Of a DNA stretch of 64,000 nucleotides, positions 42,236-50,195 are shown in pieces. The position numbers and the translations under genes are program-made. Position 1 is the stretch's first letter. Every line of letters begins with the position of its first letter. A model generated the notes under the pieces. The model worked only from the letters and a program-made list of their open reading frames with translations. It did no database searches and was not told where the DNA came from. This DNA comes from Eubacteriales bacterium (GTDB taxonomy: Bacteria > Bacillota > Clostridia > Oscillospirales > JAAYXM01): contig JAZQDV010000010.1 in assembly GCA_045546975.1 (NCBI GenBank), positions 257,039-321,038 on the forward strand, read 5' to 3'.

Positions 42236-43036
42236 TTGAAGGTGGGAATTTCGAGTGCCGTGTTTTATCCGATGGAATCCGAAAAATCGTTTGACAAGCT
42301 GATTTCGGCAGGATTTTCAACGGCGGAATTTTTCTATAATTGTGAATATGAAATTTCGGATGAATTTATAGAATACCTCTCAAAAAAGGTGAATGACGGG
42401 GGAATGGAGATAATTTCGGTTCACCCGTTTACTGCGTTTGCAGAAGGTGTGTTCCTGTTTTCAGATTATACTAGAAGAACAGAGGAACAAATGAACAAGT
42501 ACGAGAATACGTTCCGACAAATGCAGAAGCTTGGCGCAAAGTACTTTTCGTTTCATGGCGACCGCGCGTTCAAGGGACTTTCCGATGATTTCTGCAAGCT
42601 TACCGAGAGGGATGCAGAAATGCTTCGCACACTTTCGTCTCGGGCGAAAAAGTATGGAGTTACGGTGTGCCTTGAAAATGTTTCGTGGTGCAAATCGGCG
42701 AATATCAGCTATATCAGGGAGGTTTACGATGCTGTGCCTGAAATTGGCTTCACACTTGATTTGAAGCAGGCAAGACGTGCGGGTGTATCTGTTGATGAGT
42801 ATATCTCCGCAATGAGTGACAGAATCAAAAATATTCATGTAAGCGATTTTGACGATGCCTCCGACTGCTTGCCTCCCGGCGAGGGTAAGTTTGATTTTTC
42901 AAAGTTCTTCAAAAGGATTAAAAATACAGGGTATTCTGGTGATGTACTTATAGAGGTCTATTCATCTAATTTTTCAAAAACAGACCAACTTGTTAAAGCA
43001 AGGAACTTCCTTGAAAAGAAGATTACAGATTTGTGA
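42236..43036 (+). CDS. sugar phosphate isomerase/epimerase family protein (xylose-isomerase-like TIM barrel)
   Basis: About 266 aa. FSFHGD...CLENV pattern. TTG 42236 sits 10 nt after GGAGG. The track start at 42077 overlaps secF. Confidence 0.6.
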   Translation: MKVGISSAVFYPMESEKSFDKLISAGFSTAEFFYNCEYEISDEFIEYLSKKVNDGGMEIISVHPFTAFAEGVFLFSDYTRRTEEQMNKYENTFRQMQKLGAKYFSFHGDRAFKGLSDDFCKLTERDAEMLRTLSSRAKKYGVTVCLENVSWCKSANISYIREVYDAVPEIGFTLDLKQARRAGVSVDEYISAMSDRIKNIHVSDFDDASDCLPPGEGKFDFSKFFKRIKNTGYSGDVLIEVYSSNFSKTDQLVKARNFLEKKITDL

Positions 43037-43118
43037 CATTTTCTGCTATTTACTTGAAAATTTATGTAAACTTTGGTATTGTTATTATAGAAATAAATTG
43101 TCCTTTGGAGGTATTCGT

Positions 43119-43571
43119 ATGAAGTGTCCTTATTGTGGCTTTTTGGAAAGTAAAGTTTTGGATTCGCGCCCTGCAGAAGGCGGCGGGTCAATTCGACGTC
43201 GCAGAGAGTGTCTTTCTTGCCAGAAACGCTTTACAACGTATGAGACAATAGAGAGTATGCCTCTTTATGTTATCAAAAACGACGGTTCGCGTCAGCTTTT
43301 TGATAAGGCGAAGCTTCTTTCCGGTATGCTCCGTGCCTGTGTCAAGAGACCTGTGCCGATACATAAGCTTGAGGAGGTCGCTGACGAAATTGAGCAGACG
43401 CTCCAGAATACAATGGAGAAAGAAGTTTCAAGCAGCAAAATAGGTGAGATGACAATGAAACGCCTTAAGGAAATTGACCAGGTTGCTTATGTCCGCTTCG
43501 TTTCGGTTTACCGCTCGTTTGAAGATGTTGAGTCCTTCTTTGCAGAGCTCAATGGTCTTAAAGGAAAATAA
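43119..43571 (+). CDS. nrdR: transcriptional repressor NrdR
   Basis: MKCPYCG...SKVLDSRP...RRRRECLSC zinc ribbon plus an ATP-cone. GGAGG RBS. Confidence 0.95.
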   Translation: MKCPYCGFLESKVLDSRPAEGGGSIRRRRECLSCQKRFTTYETIESMPLYVIKNDGSRQLFDKAKLLSGMLRACVKRPVPIHKLEEVADEIEQTLQNTMEKEVSSSKIGEMTMKRLKEIDQVAYVRFVSVYRSFEDVESFFAELNGLKGK

Positions 43572-43577
43572 AACGAT

Positions 43578-43615
43578 ACCTCAGTGCCTTTTAATGCACT
43601 GAGGTTAATTTTTTT
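43578..43615. terminator. terminator after nrdR (overlaps the stop of the convergent gene)
   Basis: Stem acctcagtgc/gcactgaggt followed by taattttttt. Confidence 0.7.
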
Positions 43616-44282
43616 GCTTTTCAATTACTATAACATTATCGGAAAGGTCTGCCTGCATCAGAAAAACTTCGGAGTAAGATGTGATTCCTTTTTTTGAAAG
43701 AATGTTTTTTACCCAGGCTTCATTTTTCCCAAGAAGTTCTGTTTGTTTTTTTATAAAAACCCCGTCAGAAATTAGCGTGTATGGGAGAAAAGTGGTGTCG
43801 TTTGTTATTCCGACATCCTCGCGCTTTGCCGTGTCTTTTGAAGCGAAAGGAAAGACACTTAGTTCTCCGCTTGTTTCAAGTATTGCATATTTGACCTCTT
43901 CTATACTAATGAAACCCTTTAGTCTCAGCTCCTCTAAAAGTTCGTCGATTGTAAGACGGATTTTTTTCATTTCCTTCTGGTTGAGTTTTCCGTTTTCTAT
44001 TATTATATTTGTGCGTCCGGATGTAAGCTTGCGAATCTTTCTGCTGTGTATGAAGATGTACGATATGATAAGCTCGAGTGCAACCAGTGTCAGGACAGGA
44101 ATAATGCCGGTAAAAAGGGGAGTGTCATTACTTTGCATTGGCAGGGTGGCAAGCTCTGAAACAAGAAGGGTTACAACGAATTCGGATGCGGAGAGCTCGC
44201 CTACCTGACGCTTGCCCATGGCTCGCAAGGAGATAATAACCAAAAAATAAAGTATGATTGTTCTGAAGAAAACAGTTGTCAT
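43605..44282 (-). CDS. DUF421-domain membrane protein (YetF/YdfS-like)
   Basis: 225 aa. N-terminal TMs with RxxGKRQ-type motif (LRAMGKRQVGELS). C-terminal soluble domain. Confidence 0.7.
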   Translation of the reverse strand: MTTVFFRTIILYFLVIISLRAMGKRQVGELSASEFVVTLLVSELATLPMQSNDTPLFTGIIPVLTLVALELIISYIFIHSRKIRKLTSGRTNIIIENGKLNQKEMKKIRLTIDELLEELRLKGFISIEEVKYAILETSGELSVFPFASKDTAKREDVGITNDTTFLPYTLISDGVFIKKQTELLGKNEAWVKNILSKKGITSYSEVFLMQADLSDNVIVIEKQKN

Positions 44283-44312
44283 AAAGACACCTCAAAAAAA
44301 TAAAAATACTAC

Positions 44313-44341
44313 TTGCAACTTTAAGAAAGATATGCTATACT
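44313..44341 (+). promoter_or_regulatory. sigma-A-type promoter of tRNA-Pro
   Basis: TTGCAA (44313-18), 17-nt spacer, extended -10 TGcTATACT (44333-41). Ends 15 nt upstream of the tRNA. Confidence 0.65.
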
Positions 44342-44355
44342 TTATGAGTTGATAT

Positions 44356-44432
44356 CCGGGTGTGGCGCAGCTTGGTAGCGCGCTTGAATGGGGTTCAAGA
44401 GGCCGCAGGTTCGACTCCTGTCACTCGGACCA
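44356..44432 (+). tRNA. tRNA-Pro (anticodon GGG)
   Basis: 77 nt, folded by hand. Acceptor CCGGGTG/CACTCGG, D-arm GCGC-AGCTTGGTA-GCGC, anticodon arm CTTGA-ATGGGGT-TCAAG (U33, GGG, G37), T-arm GCAGG-TTCGACT-CCTGT, A73, encoded CCA. Confidence 0.9.
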
Positions 44433-44481
44433 GGAAAGCACTGATGACTTTGTCATCGGTGCTTTTTTCTTTTGAACGATA
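44406..44481 (+). repeat. direct repeat copy 1 (tRNA-Pro 3' 27 nt plus terminator)
   Basis: 76 nt, identical to 44592-44667. Confidence 0.95.
44435..44473 (+). terminator. rho-independent terminator of tRNA-Pro
   Basis: Stem aaagcactgatgac/gtcatcggtgcttt, loop ttt, followed by TTTTTTCTTTT. An identical copy lies at 44621-44659. Confidence 0.85.
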
Positions 44482-44507
44482 ACAGAGAGCCTGCGGCCTC
44501 TTTGTCA

Positions 44508-44589
44508 TCCCCGAGCGGTTGCCACGAAAGTGGCGAGCGAGTGGGGACATAATATATCGGGAGCGCGTGTGCAAAGCATACGCACTTCC
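44508..44589 (+). other. two long hairpins in the ORF-free spacer between the repeats
   Basis: Hairpin 1 (44508-44547): GAAA tetraloop and tandem A.G/G.A mismatches. Hairpin 2 (44559-44589): 8-bp stem GCGTGTGC/GCATACGC with an AAA loop. Function unknown. Confidence 0.5.
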
Positions 44590-44591
44590 CT

Positions 44592-44667
44592 CAGGTTCGA
44601 CTCCTGTCACTCGGACCAGGAAAGCACTGATGACTTTGTCATCGGTGCTTTTTTCTTTTGAACGATA
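44592..44667 (+). repeat. direct repeat copy 2 (orphan tRNA-Pro 3' fragment plus terminator)
   Basis: 76 nt, identical to 44406-44481. No matching tRNA 5' half lies upstream. Confidence 0.95.
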
Positions 44668-44682
44668 TTCGAGGGCCAATAC

Positions 44683-44711
44683 TTGATATTTCTCGTCGCA
44701 AATGGTATAAT
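44683..44711 (+). promoter_or_regulatory. sigma-A-type promoter of the NSS transporter gene
   Basis: TTGATA (44683-88), 17-nt spacer, TGgTATAAT (44703-11). Confidence 0.7.
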
Positions 44712-44742
44712 ATATGCAACATTTCAAAATGGAGTGAGGTAA

Positions 44743-46110
44743 ATGCAACAGAGAGAAAAATTTTCATCAAGACTCGGGTTTTTGCTTATATCTGCAGGTT
44801 GTGCCATAGGTCTTGGAAATGTATGGAGATTCCCGTATATAACAGGACTCAATGGTGGTGCAGCGTTTGTACTGATATATCTTTTGTTCCTTGTTATTTT
44901 CGGCCTTCCGATTATGGCGATGGAGTTTTCGGTAGGACGCGCAAGTCGTAAGAGCGTTGCCGCATCGTTCCGTGAGCTTGAGCCGAAGGGAACCAAATGG
45001 CACATATTTAGTTACTTTGCTATGGCGGGCAACTATCTTCTTATGATGTTCTATACCACCATTTGCGGTTGGATGTTTTCGTACTGCGTCAAGATGGCTC
45101 GCGGTGAGTTTGTCGGCGTAGATTCAAATGGGGTAGGTGAAATTTTTTCAAATTTCACGGCAAACCCGTCGGCACTTACGTTCTGGATGATAATTGCGGT
45201 TTTTGTGGGTTTCTTTATTTGCTCTCTTGGACTCCAAAAGGGCGTAGAGAAGATTACGAAAATTATGATGTCCAGTCTCTTTGTTATTATGCTTATACTT
45301 GTCATCCGTTCGGTAACACTTCCGGGCGCGGGTGAAGGTCTTGCATTTTACTTAAAGCCTGATTTTTCAAAGATGGCAGAGCGTGGAATAATGAATGTCG
45401 TTTCCGATGCAATGGGACAGGCTTTCTTTACGCTTAGTATCGGTATCGGATCAATGGCAATCTTCGGAAGCTATATTGATAAAGACCGTTCGCTTATGGG
45501 AGAATCGGTAAGCATTCTTGCGCTTGATACTTCTGTTGCGTTTATGTCGGGACTTATAATTTTCCCCGCATGCTTTGCGTTCAATGTAAATCCGGGACAG
45601 GGACCTGGTCTTGTATTCGTCACACTTCCCAACATTTTCAATGTAATGGCAGGTGGAAGGATCTGGGGAACACTCTTCTTCGTCTTTATGTCCTTCGCGG
45701 CACTTTCAACGGTTGTTGCAGTTTTTGAAAATATTATCGCGTTTGCTATGGATCTTCTCGGTTGGTCGAGAAAAAAGGCAGTATGGGTAAACTTTTTTGC
45801 AATAATTCTTTTGTCTCTCCCGTGTGTTCTTGGATTTAGTGTCTGGAGCGGATTTGAGCCCTTTGGCGCAGGCTCGAACATACTTGATTTAGAGGACTTT
45901 ATCGTAAGTAACAATCTCTTGCCGCTTGGTTCTCTTGTTTATCTTCTTTTCTGTATCACGAGATACGGTTGGGGATGGGATAACTTTATTGAAGAGGCAA
46001 ATGCAGGAAAAGGAATGAGATTCCCGAAATGGGCAAGAGTATATCTCAAATACATTTTGCCGCTCGCAGTGCTTTTCCTCTTTGTTCAGGGATATGTCAG
46101 CAAATTCTAA
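44743..46110 (+). CDS. sodium-dependent transporter, neurotransmitter:sodium symporter (SNF/NSS) family
   Basis: 455 aa, about 11-12 TMs. N-terminal signature GLGNVWRFPY. Confidence 0.9.
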   Translation: MQQREKFSSRLGFLLISAGCAIGLGNVWRFPYITGLNGGAAFVLIYLLFLVIFGLPIMAMEFSVGRASRKSVAASFRELEPKGTKWHIFSYFAMAGNYLLMMFYTTICGWMFSYCVKMARGEFVGVDSNGVGEIFSNFTANPSALTFWMIIAVFVGFFICSLGLQKGVEKITKIMMSSLFVIMLILVIRSVTLPGAGEGLAFYLKPDFSKMAERGIMNVVSDAMGQAFFTLSIGIGSMAIFGSYIDKDRSLMGESVSILALDTSVAFMSGLIIFPACFAFNVNPGQGPGLVFVTLPNIFNVMAGGRIWGTLFFVFMSFAALSTVVAVFENIIAFAMDLLGWSRKKAVWVNFFAIILLSLPCVLGFSVWSGFEPFGAGSNILDLEDFIVSNNLLPLGSLVYLLFCITRYGWGWDNFIEEANAGKGMRFPKWARVYLKYILPLAVLFLFVQGYVSKF

Positions 46111-46116
46111 AAAACT

Positions 46117-46150
46117 AAAACACGGTAGGAAACGCCCTACCGTGTTTTTT
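46117..46150. terminator. bidirectional terminator between convergent genes
   Basis: Stem aaaacacggtagg/cctaccgtgtttt followed by a T-run. Confidence 0.8.
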
Positions 46151-47100
46151 TAGAAAAATTTGTCTTTGAACGGAATGTTCTTTATAACGAATGTTTGGTT
46201 GTTCAGATATTGGAGCGCTCCTGCAGGTGTCTTAAAGTTAAAGACGAGCTTGTATGAGCACAATGCCTGATACTTCATGCCGTATTTCTTGTTTTCAGCA
46301 TTTTTTCCGTACTTGCCATCACCCAGGAGTGGATGACCGATACTTGCCATGTGTGCACGTATCTGGTGCGTTCTGCCCGTGATAAGCTCACATTCGAGAA
46401 GTGAAAGCGTACCGTTTGTTTTGAGAGTGGTGTACTTGGTAATAGCGGTTTTGGCACCGGGTGAGGATGTCTTTTTGACATAGACGCGGTTTTCCTTTGC
46501 GTCCTTGAATATATAATCCTTGAGGGTCGCAGCGGCGGGCTTCGGTGTGCCGAGAACAATACAGAGATAGTATTTTGAAAGCTCGCGATTTTTGATTTTA
46601 TCGTTCATTATGCGAAGAGCTTCTGCGTTTTTTGCAGCAATCACGATTCCTGAGGTGTTGCGGTCTATTCTGTTGCAAAGGGATGGAATAAACGCGTTTT
46701 CGCGCTCCGGATTCCATTCTCCCTTTGATGCAAGATAGCTTAGCACCTGAGCAATAAGAGTTTCTCCGCCTGCTTCATCATCGTGAACGGATATGCCCGC
46801 AGGCTTATTCAGAAGAAGGATGTTTTCATCTTCATATATAGCCTCGGGAAATGCTGCGTTAAGCTTTTCTTCCGCTTTTTTTGCGCGGGTTTCCGTGAAA
46901 AACTCGTCGTTTATATACATCGTGACAACGTCTCCGATGTTGAGCCGTGCTTTTGCCTCTGTCCTTGCTGAATTCACCTTTATTTTTTTCAAACGAATAA
47001 ACTTCTGTATTAGGTTTGACGGGAGAGAGGGAACAGCTTTTGAAATGAATTTATCGACGCGTGTATCTGCATCGTTTCTCTGTATAATAAATTCCTTCAT
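46150..47100 (-). CDS. RluA-family pseudouridine synthase (S4 domain plus catalytic domain)
   Basis: Catalytic motif NRIDRNTSG and KxY motif (KYYLCIV). ATG 47100 sits 7 nt after GGAGG. Confidence 0.88.
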   Translation of the reverse strand: MKEFIIQRNDADTRVDKFISKAVPSLPSNLIQKFIRLKKIKVNSARTEAKARLNIGDVVTMYINDEFFTETRAKKAEEKLNAAFPEAIYEDENILLLNKPAGISVHDDEAGGETLIAQVLSYLASKGEWNPERENAFIPSLCNRIDRNTSGIVIAAKNAEALRIMNDKIKNRELSKYYLCIVLGTPKPAAATLKDYIFKDAKENRVYVKKTSSPGAKTAITKYTTLKTNGTLSLLECELITGRTHQIRAHMASIGHPLLGDGKYGKNAENKKYGMKYQALCSYKLVFNFKTPAGALQYLNNQTFVIKNIPFKDKFF

Positions 47101-47189
47101 ACTCATTCCTCCTCTCTTTGATAAAAAGTATAACATACAAGTGAAATAAGTGCAAATCTAATATTTTATAAGAAAAAATAAAATTTTGC

Positions 47190-47218
47190 TTGATTTTTTA
47201 TTTTATATATGGTATTAT
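47190..47218 (+). promoter_or_regulatory. sigma-A-type promoter of rplS
   Basis: TTGATT (47190-95), 17-nt spacer, TATTAT (47213-18). Confidence 0.6.
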
Positions 47219-47297
47219 ATCCTAGTCATATAACGGGCGGTCCTCTGTCTTCTGCGTTAAGGCAAGAACGTCTACTAAGAAGGGAGGAAGTTCATCA

Positions 47298-47639
47298 ATG
47301 GATCTTCTCAAGAATTTGACAGACAGTCAGCTCAAGAAGGATTTACCGGAAATAGGCATTGGTGACACTGTTCGTGTCCATGTCCTTATCAAGGAAGGTA
47401 ACCGTGAACGTGTTCAGGTTTTTGAAGGCACAGTTATTGCTAGAAAGCATGGCGGCATTCAGGAAACAGTTACGGTTCGTCGCTTGTCATACGGTGTAGG
47501 TGTTGAAAAGGTATTCCCGATTCACGCACCTCATGTTGTAAAGTTTGAAATTGTCCGCAAGGGTAAAGTCAGACGTGCAAAGCTCTACTACTTACGTGGA
47601 AGAGTCGGCAAGGCGGCAAAGGTCAAAGAAGATATCTAA
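47298..47639 (+). CDS. rplS: 50S ribosomal protein L19
   Basis: 113 aa. [32 protein letters not shown]. Confidence 0.97.
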   Translation: MDLLKNLTDSQLKKDLPEIGIGDTVRVHVLIKEGNRERVQVFEGTVIARKHGGIQETVTVRRLSYGVGVEKVFPIHAPHVVKFEIVRKGKVRRAKLYYLRGRVGKAAKVKEDI

Positions 47640-47648
47640 ATGGAGAAG

Positions 47649-47676
47649 GGGAGGGCTCAAGAGTCTTCCCTTTTTT
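47649..47676 (+). terminator. terminator/attenuator after rplS
   Basis: Stem gggagggct/agtcttccc (two G.U pairs) followed by T6. It lies inside the 5' extension of the lepB track ORF. Confidence 0.55.
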
Positions 47677-47699
47677 CGTACATTTTGGAGAGTGTAATA

Positions 47700-48275
47700 A
47701 TGTCTGAAGAAAAGCTTTTTGAAGAGGAAAACAACAAAAACTCACTTGCCTTGGCAAAGAATGAAATATTCGATTGGATACAGAACATAACAGTTATTTT
47801 AACCGTAGTAATTCTTCTTTTTATGTTTGTTTTCAGGATTGTAGGGGTTGACGGGGAATCAATGCTTCCTACACTTCAGCACAAGGACTGGCTTATTATT
47901 TCAAACCTTTTCTATGAGCCTGAAAATGAGGATATAGTCGTTGTTTCAAAGGATTCATTTCTTGACGGTAAGATGATAGTAAAGCGCGTTATTGCAACGG
48001 AAAATCAGACAGTTGATATAGATTTCCAGAGGGGAATTGTGTATGTTGACGGGGTCGCCTTAAACGAGCCTTATATAAATGACAGAACAAGAAGGCAGTT
48101 TGATATGCCTTTTCCTGTAAAGGTTCCTGAAGACTGTGTGTTTGTGCTTGGCGATAACCGAAACCATAGTTCGGACAGCCGTGATGCCCGTCTTGGTATG
48201 GTGCATAAATCGAACATTCATGGAAGAGTAATACTCAGAGTTTTCCCGTTCTCGGAATTTGGTAAAGTAAGTTAG
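47700..48275 (+). CDS. lepB: signal peptidase I
   Basis: GESMLPTL (catalytic Ser), KRVIA (Lys) and GDNRNHSSDSR. ATG 47700 follows GGAGAG. Confidence 0.92.
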   Translation: MSEEKLFEEENNKNSLALAKNEIFDWIQNITVILTVVILLFMFVFRIVGVDGESMLPTLQHKDWLIISNLFYEPENEDIVVVSKDSFLDGKMIVKRVIATENQTVDIDFQRGIVYVDGVALNEPYINDRTRRQFDMPFPVKVPEDCVFVLGDNRNHSSDSRDARLGMVHKSNIHGRVILRVFPFSEFGKVS

Positions 48276-48285
48276 GAGACGTAAG

Positions 48286-49188
48286 ATGGATATACAGTGG
48301 TATCCCGGGCATATGACCAAAACACGCCGTATGATTTCGGAAAACCTCAAAATGGTTGATGCGGTGTGCGAAATTCTTGATGCGCGAATCCCCGTTTCCA
48401 GTAGAAACAACGATATATTTGAGCTTTCAAAGGATAAGCCGAGGCTTATAATACTCAATAGAATAGACCTTGCAGATCCCGATAAAACAAAAGAATGGGC
48501 GGCATACTATCGCGCAAAAGGCTATCATGTTCTTGAAACAGATTCCAAAAGCGGCTCGGGGGTTTCTGCGTTTCCGTCTGCAATAAAGCAGCTTCTTCAT
48601 GAAAAGATTTCAAATTACCGCGAAAAGGGGCAGGCGGGCAGGTCTGTGCGCGTTATGATTTGCGGAGTGCCGAATGTCGGCAAATCCTCTTTTATAAACC
48701 GTGTTTCGGGAAGAAACATAGCAAAAGCTGAGGATAGACCGGGAGTTACACGAGATAAGCAGTGGATTAAGGTTGACGGCGGTATTGATATGCTTGATAC
48801 ACCCGGTATGCTCTGGCCGAAATTTGACGATAAGCGAACAGCCTTGAATCTTGCATATACAGGTGCGATAAAGGACGATATTTTAGATATTGAATCGTTA
48901 GCCTCACTCTTTATGGAAGTTTTGTCCGACCGTTATGCGGAGAATCTTAAAGCAAGATACAAAATATCGTGTGATAATGAAGAACCGGGTTATGAAATAC
49001 TCTGGAGAGCTGGAAAAATGCGCGGTTTCCTTATTTCCGGCGGCGAGGTAAACACAGAGCGTATGGCAAAAACGCTTCTTGATGAGTTTCGTGCCGGTGC
49101 GCTTGGAAGAATAACTCTTGAAAACGTAGATGAGGCAGACCGTGAGCCACTTGAAAAAATAGAGTTTCGCGGTATGCTTTCAGAGTAA
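48286..49188 (+). CDS. rbgA: ribosome biogenesis GTPase YlqF/RbgA
   Basis: MDIQWYPGHM. Circularly permuted GTPase motifs: NRIDLAD, then GVPNVGKSS, then DTPG. Confidence 0.93.
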   Translation: MDIQWYPGHMTKTRRMISENLKMVDAVCEILDARIPVSSRNNDIFELSKDKPRLIILNRIDLADPDKTKEWAAYYRAKGYHVLETDSKSGSGVSAFPSAIKQLLHEKISNYREKGQAGRSVRVMICGVPNVGKSSFINRVSGRNIAKAEDRPGVTRDKQWIKVDGGIDMLDTPGMLWPKFDDKRTALNLAYTGAIKDDILDIESLASLFMEVLSDRYAENLKARYKISCDNEEPGYEILWRAGKMRGFLISGGEVNTERMAKTLLDEFRAGALGRITLENVDEADREPLEKIEFRGMLSE

Positions 49189-49198
49189 CGGTGATTTA

Positions 49199-49825
49199 AT
49201 GGAAAACAAAAACAGTTTATGGGTATATGAGCAGGCGTACATAGACAGTGGGAAAAACTGTATCTGCGGAGTTGATGAAGCAGGGCGAGGACCTCTTGCA
49301 GGACCTGTGTTTGCCGCAGCGGTTATATTGCCACACGGTGTTGAAATCGACGGTCTTAACGACTCGAAAAAGCTGACGGAAAAGAAGCGCGAACAGCTTT
49401 TTGATATAATTTGCGAAAAAGCTGTTTCGTTCGGCATTGCGTCCGCTTCAGAAAAGGAAATAGATGAGATAAATATACTCAGGGCATCGCTTCTTGCGAT
49501 GAAAAGAGCGGTGGATAAATTGTCTCAATCGCCCGAGGTTATACTTGTGGACGGCAATCAGGTGTTTCCGTATAATGCAGAGGTCAAAAGCGTTGTAAAG
49601 GGTGATAGCTTGTCAGCGAATATTGCGGCAGCATCAATACTTGCGAAGGTCTCAAGAGACCGCTATATGCTTGAACTTGCAAGAAAGTATCCCGAATATA
49701 TGTTAGAAAAGCACAAGGGATATCCGACAAAGCTTCATTACGAATGCGTTGAGGCACACGGTATCTCAGATATACACAGGAAAACCTTTTTCAAAAAATA
49801 CAAGGGTGGGGTGCTTCTTAAATGA
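49199..49825 (+). CDS. rnhB: ribonuclease HII
   Basis: GVDEAGRGPLAGPV and DSKKLT. Confidence 0.95.
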   Translation: MENKNSLWVYEQAYIDSGKNCICGVDEAGRGPLAGPVFAAAVILPHGVEIDGLNDSKKLTEKKREQLFDIICEKAVSFGIASASEKEIDEINILRASLLAMKRAVDKLSQSPEVILVDGNQVFPYNAEVKSVVKGDSLSANIAAASILAKVSRDRYMLELARKYPEYMLEKHKGYPTKLHYECVEAHGISDIHRKTFFKKYKGGVLLK

Positions 49826-50178
49826 CATCACTCCTTGTAGGCCGGTGGGGTGAGGCCCTTGCGGCAGAATTTCTGAGAAAGAAGAAATATAAAATCGTAG
49901 CAGCAAACTTCAGGTCGAGGTTTGGAGAAATTGACATTATTGCCGAGAACAAGAAGCAGGTTTTATTTGTTGAAGTCAAGCTTCGCAAAAACAAAAACTA
50001 CGGTCTTGCGTGTGAGTTTGTGACTCCGGAAAAGCAAAGGAAGCTCAAAACGACGGCAGAAAGCTGGCTTTTGAAGAATCCGACAGACAAAGATTTGCGT
50101 TTTGACGTAATTGAGGTCTATGCTCCAAATGGAATATCTGATGAATTTACGATAAATCACATTGAAAATGCATTTTAA
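49822..50178 (+). CDS. YraN-family (UPF0102) putative endonuclease
   Basis: 118 aa. GEIDIIA...VEVK motif. ATGA overlap with rnhB. Confidence 0.85.
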   Translation: MTSLLVGRWGEALAAEFLRKKKYKIVAANFRSRFGEIDIIAENKKQVLFVEVKLRKNKNYGLACEFVTPEKQRKLKTTAESWLLKNPTDKDLRFDVIEVYAPNGISDEFTINHIENAF

Positions 50179-50195
50179 TTATGGGGGATTAAACC

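Noticed and set aside
44340-44700. Integrated mobile element or mini CRISPR-like array at the tRNA-Pro locus.
   Set aside because: There are only two repeat copies, the spacer is 110 bp, and the region has no integrase, transposase, cas genes or cargo. It is reported as an unexplained duplication instead.
44395-44748. 117-aa minus-strand ORF with an internally repeated peptide (SKEKSTDDKVISAFLVRVTGVEP twice).
   Set aside because: The peptide repeat only mirrors the 76-bp DNA duplication. The ORF runs antisense through the tRNA and both terminators and has no RBS.
46117-46148. The terminator arms here (aaaacacggta...taccgtgtttt) are identical over 11 nt to those of the terminator at 63426-63457, suggesting a repeat family.
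   Set aside because: Only the outer 11 nt match, and the inner stems and loops differ. Two instances of an A4-CACGG-type stem are compatible with chance convergence of terminators. This could be revisited with genome-wide counts.
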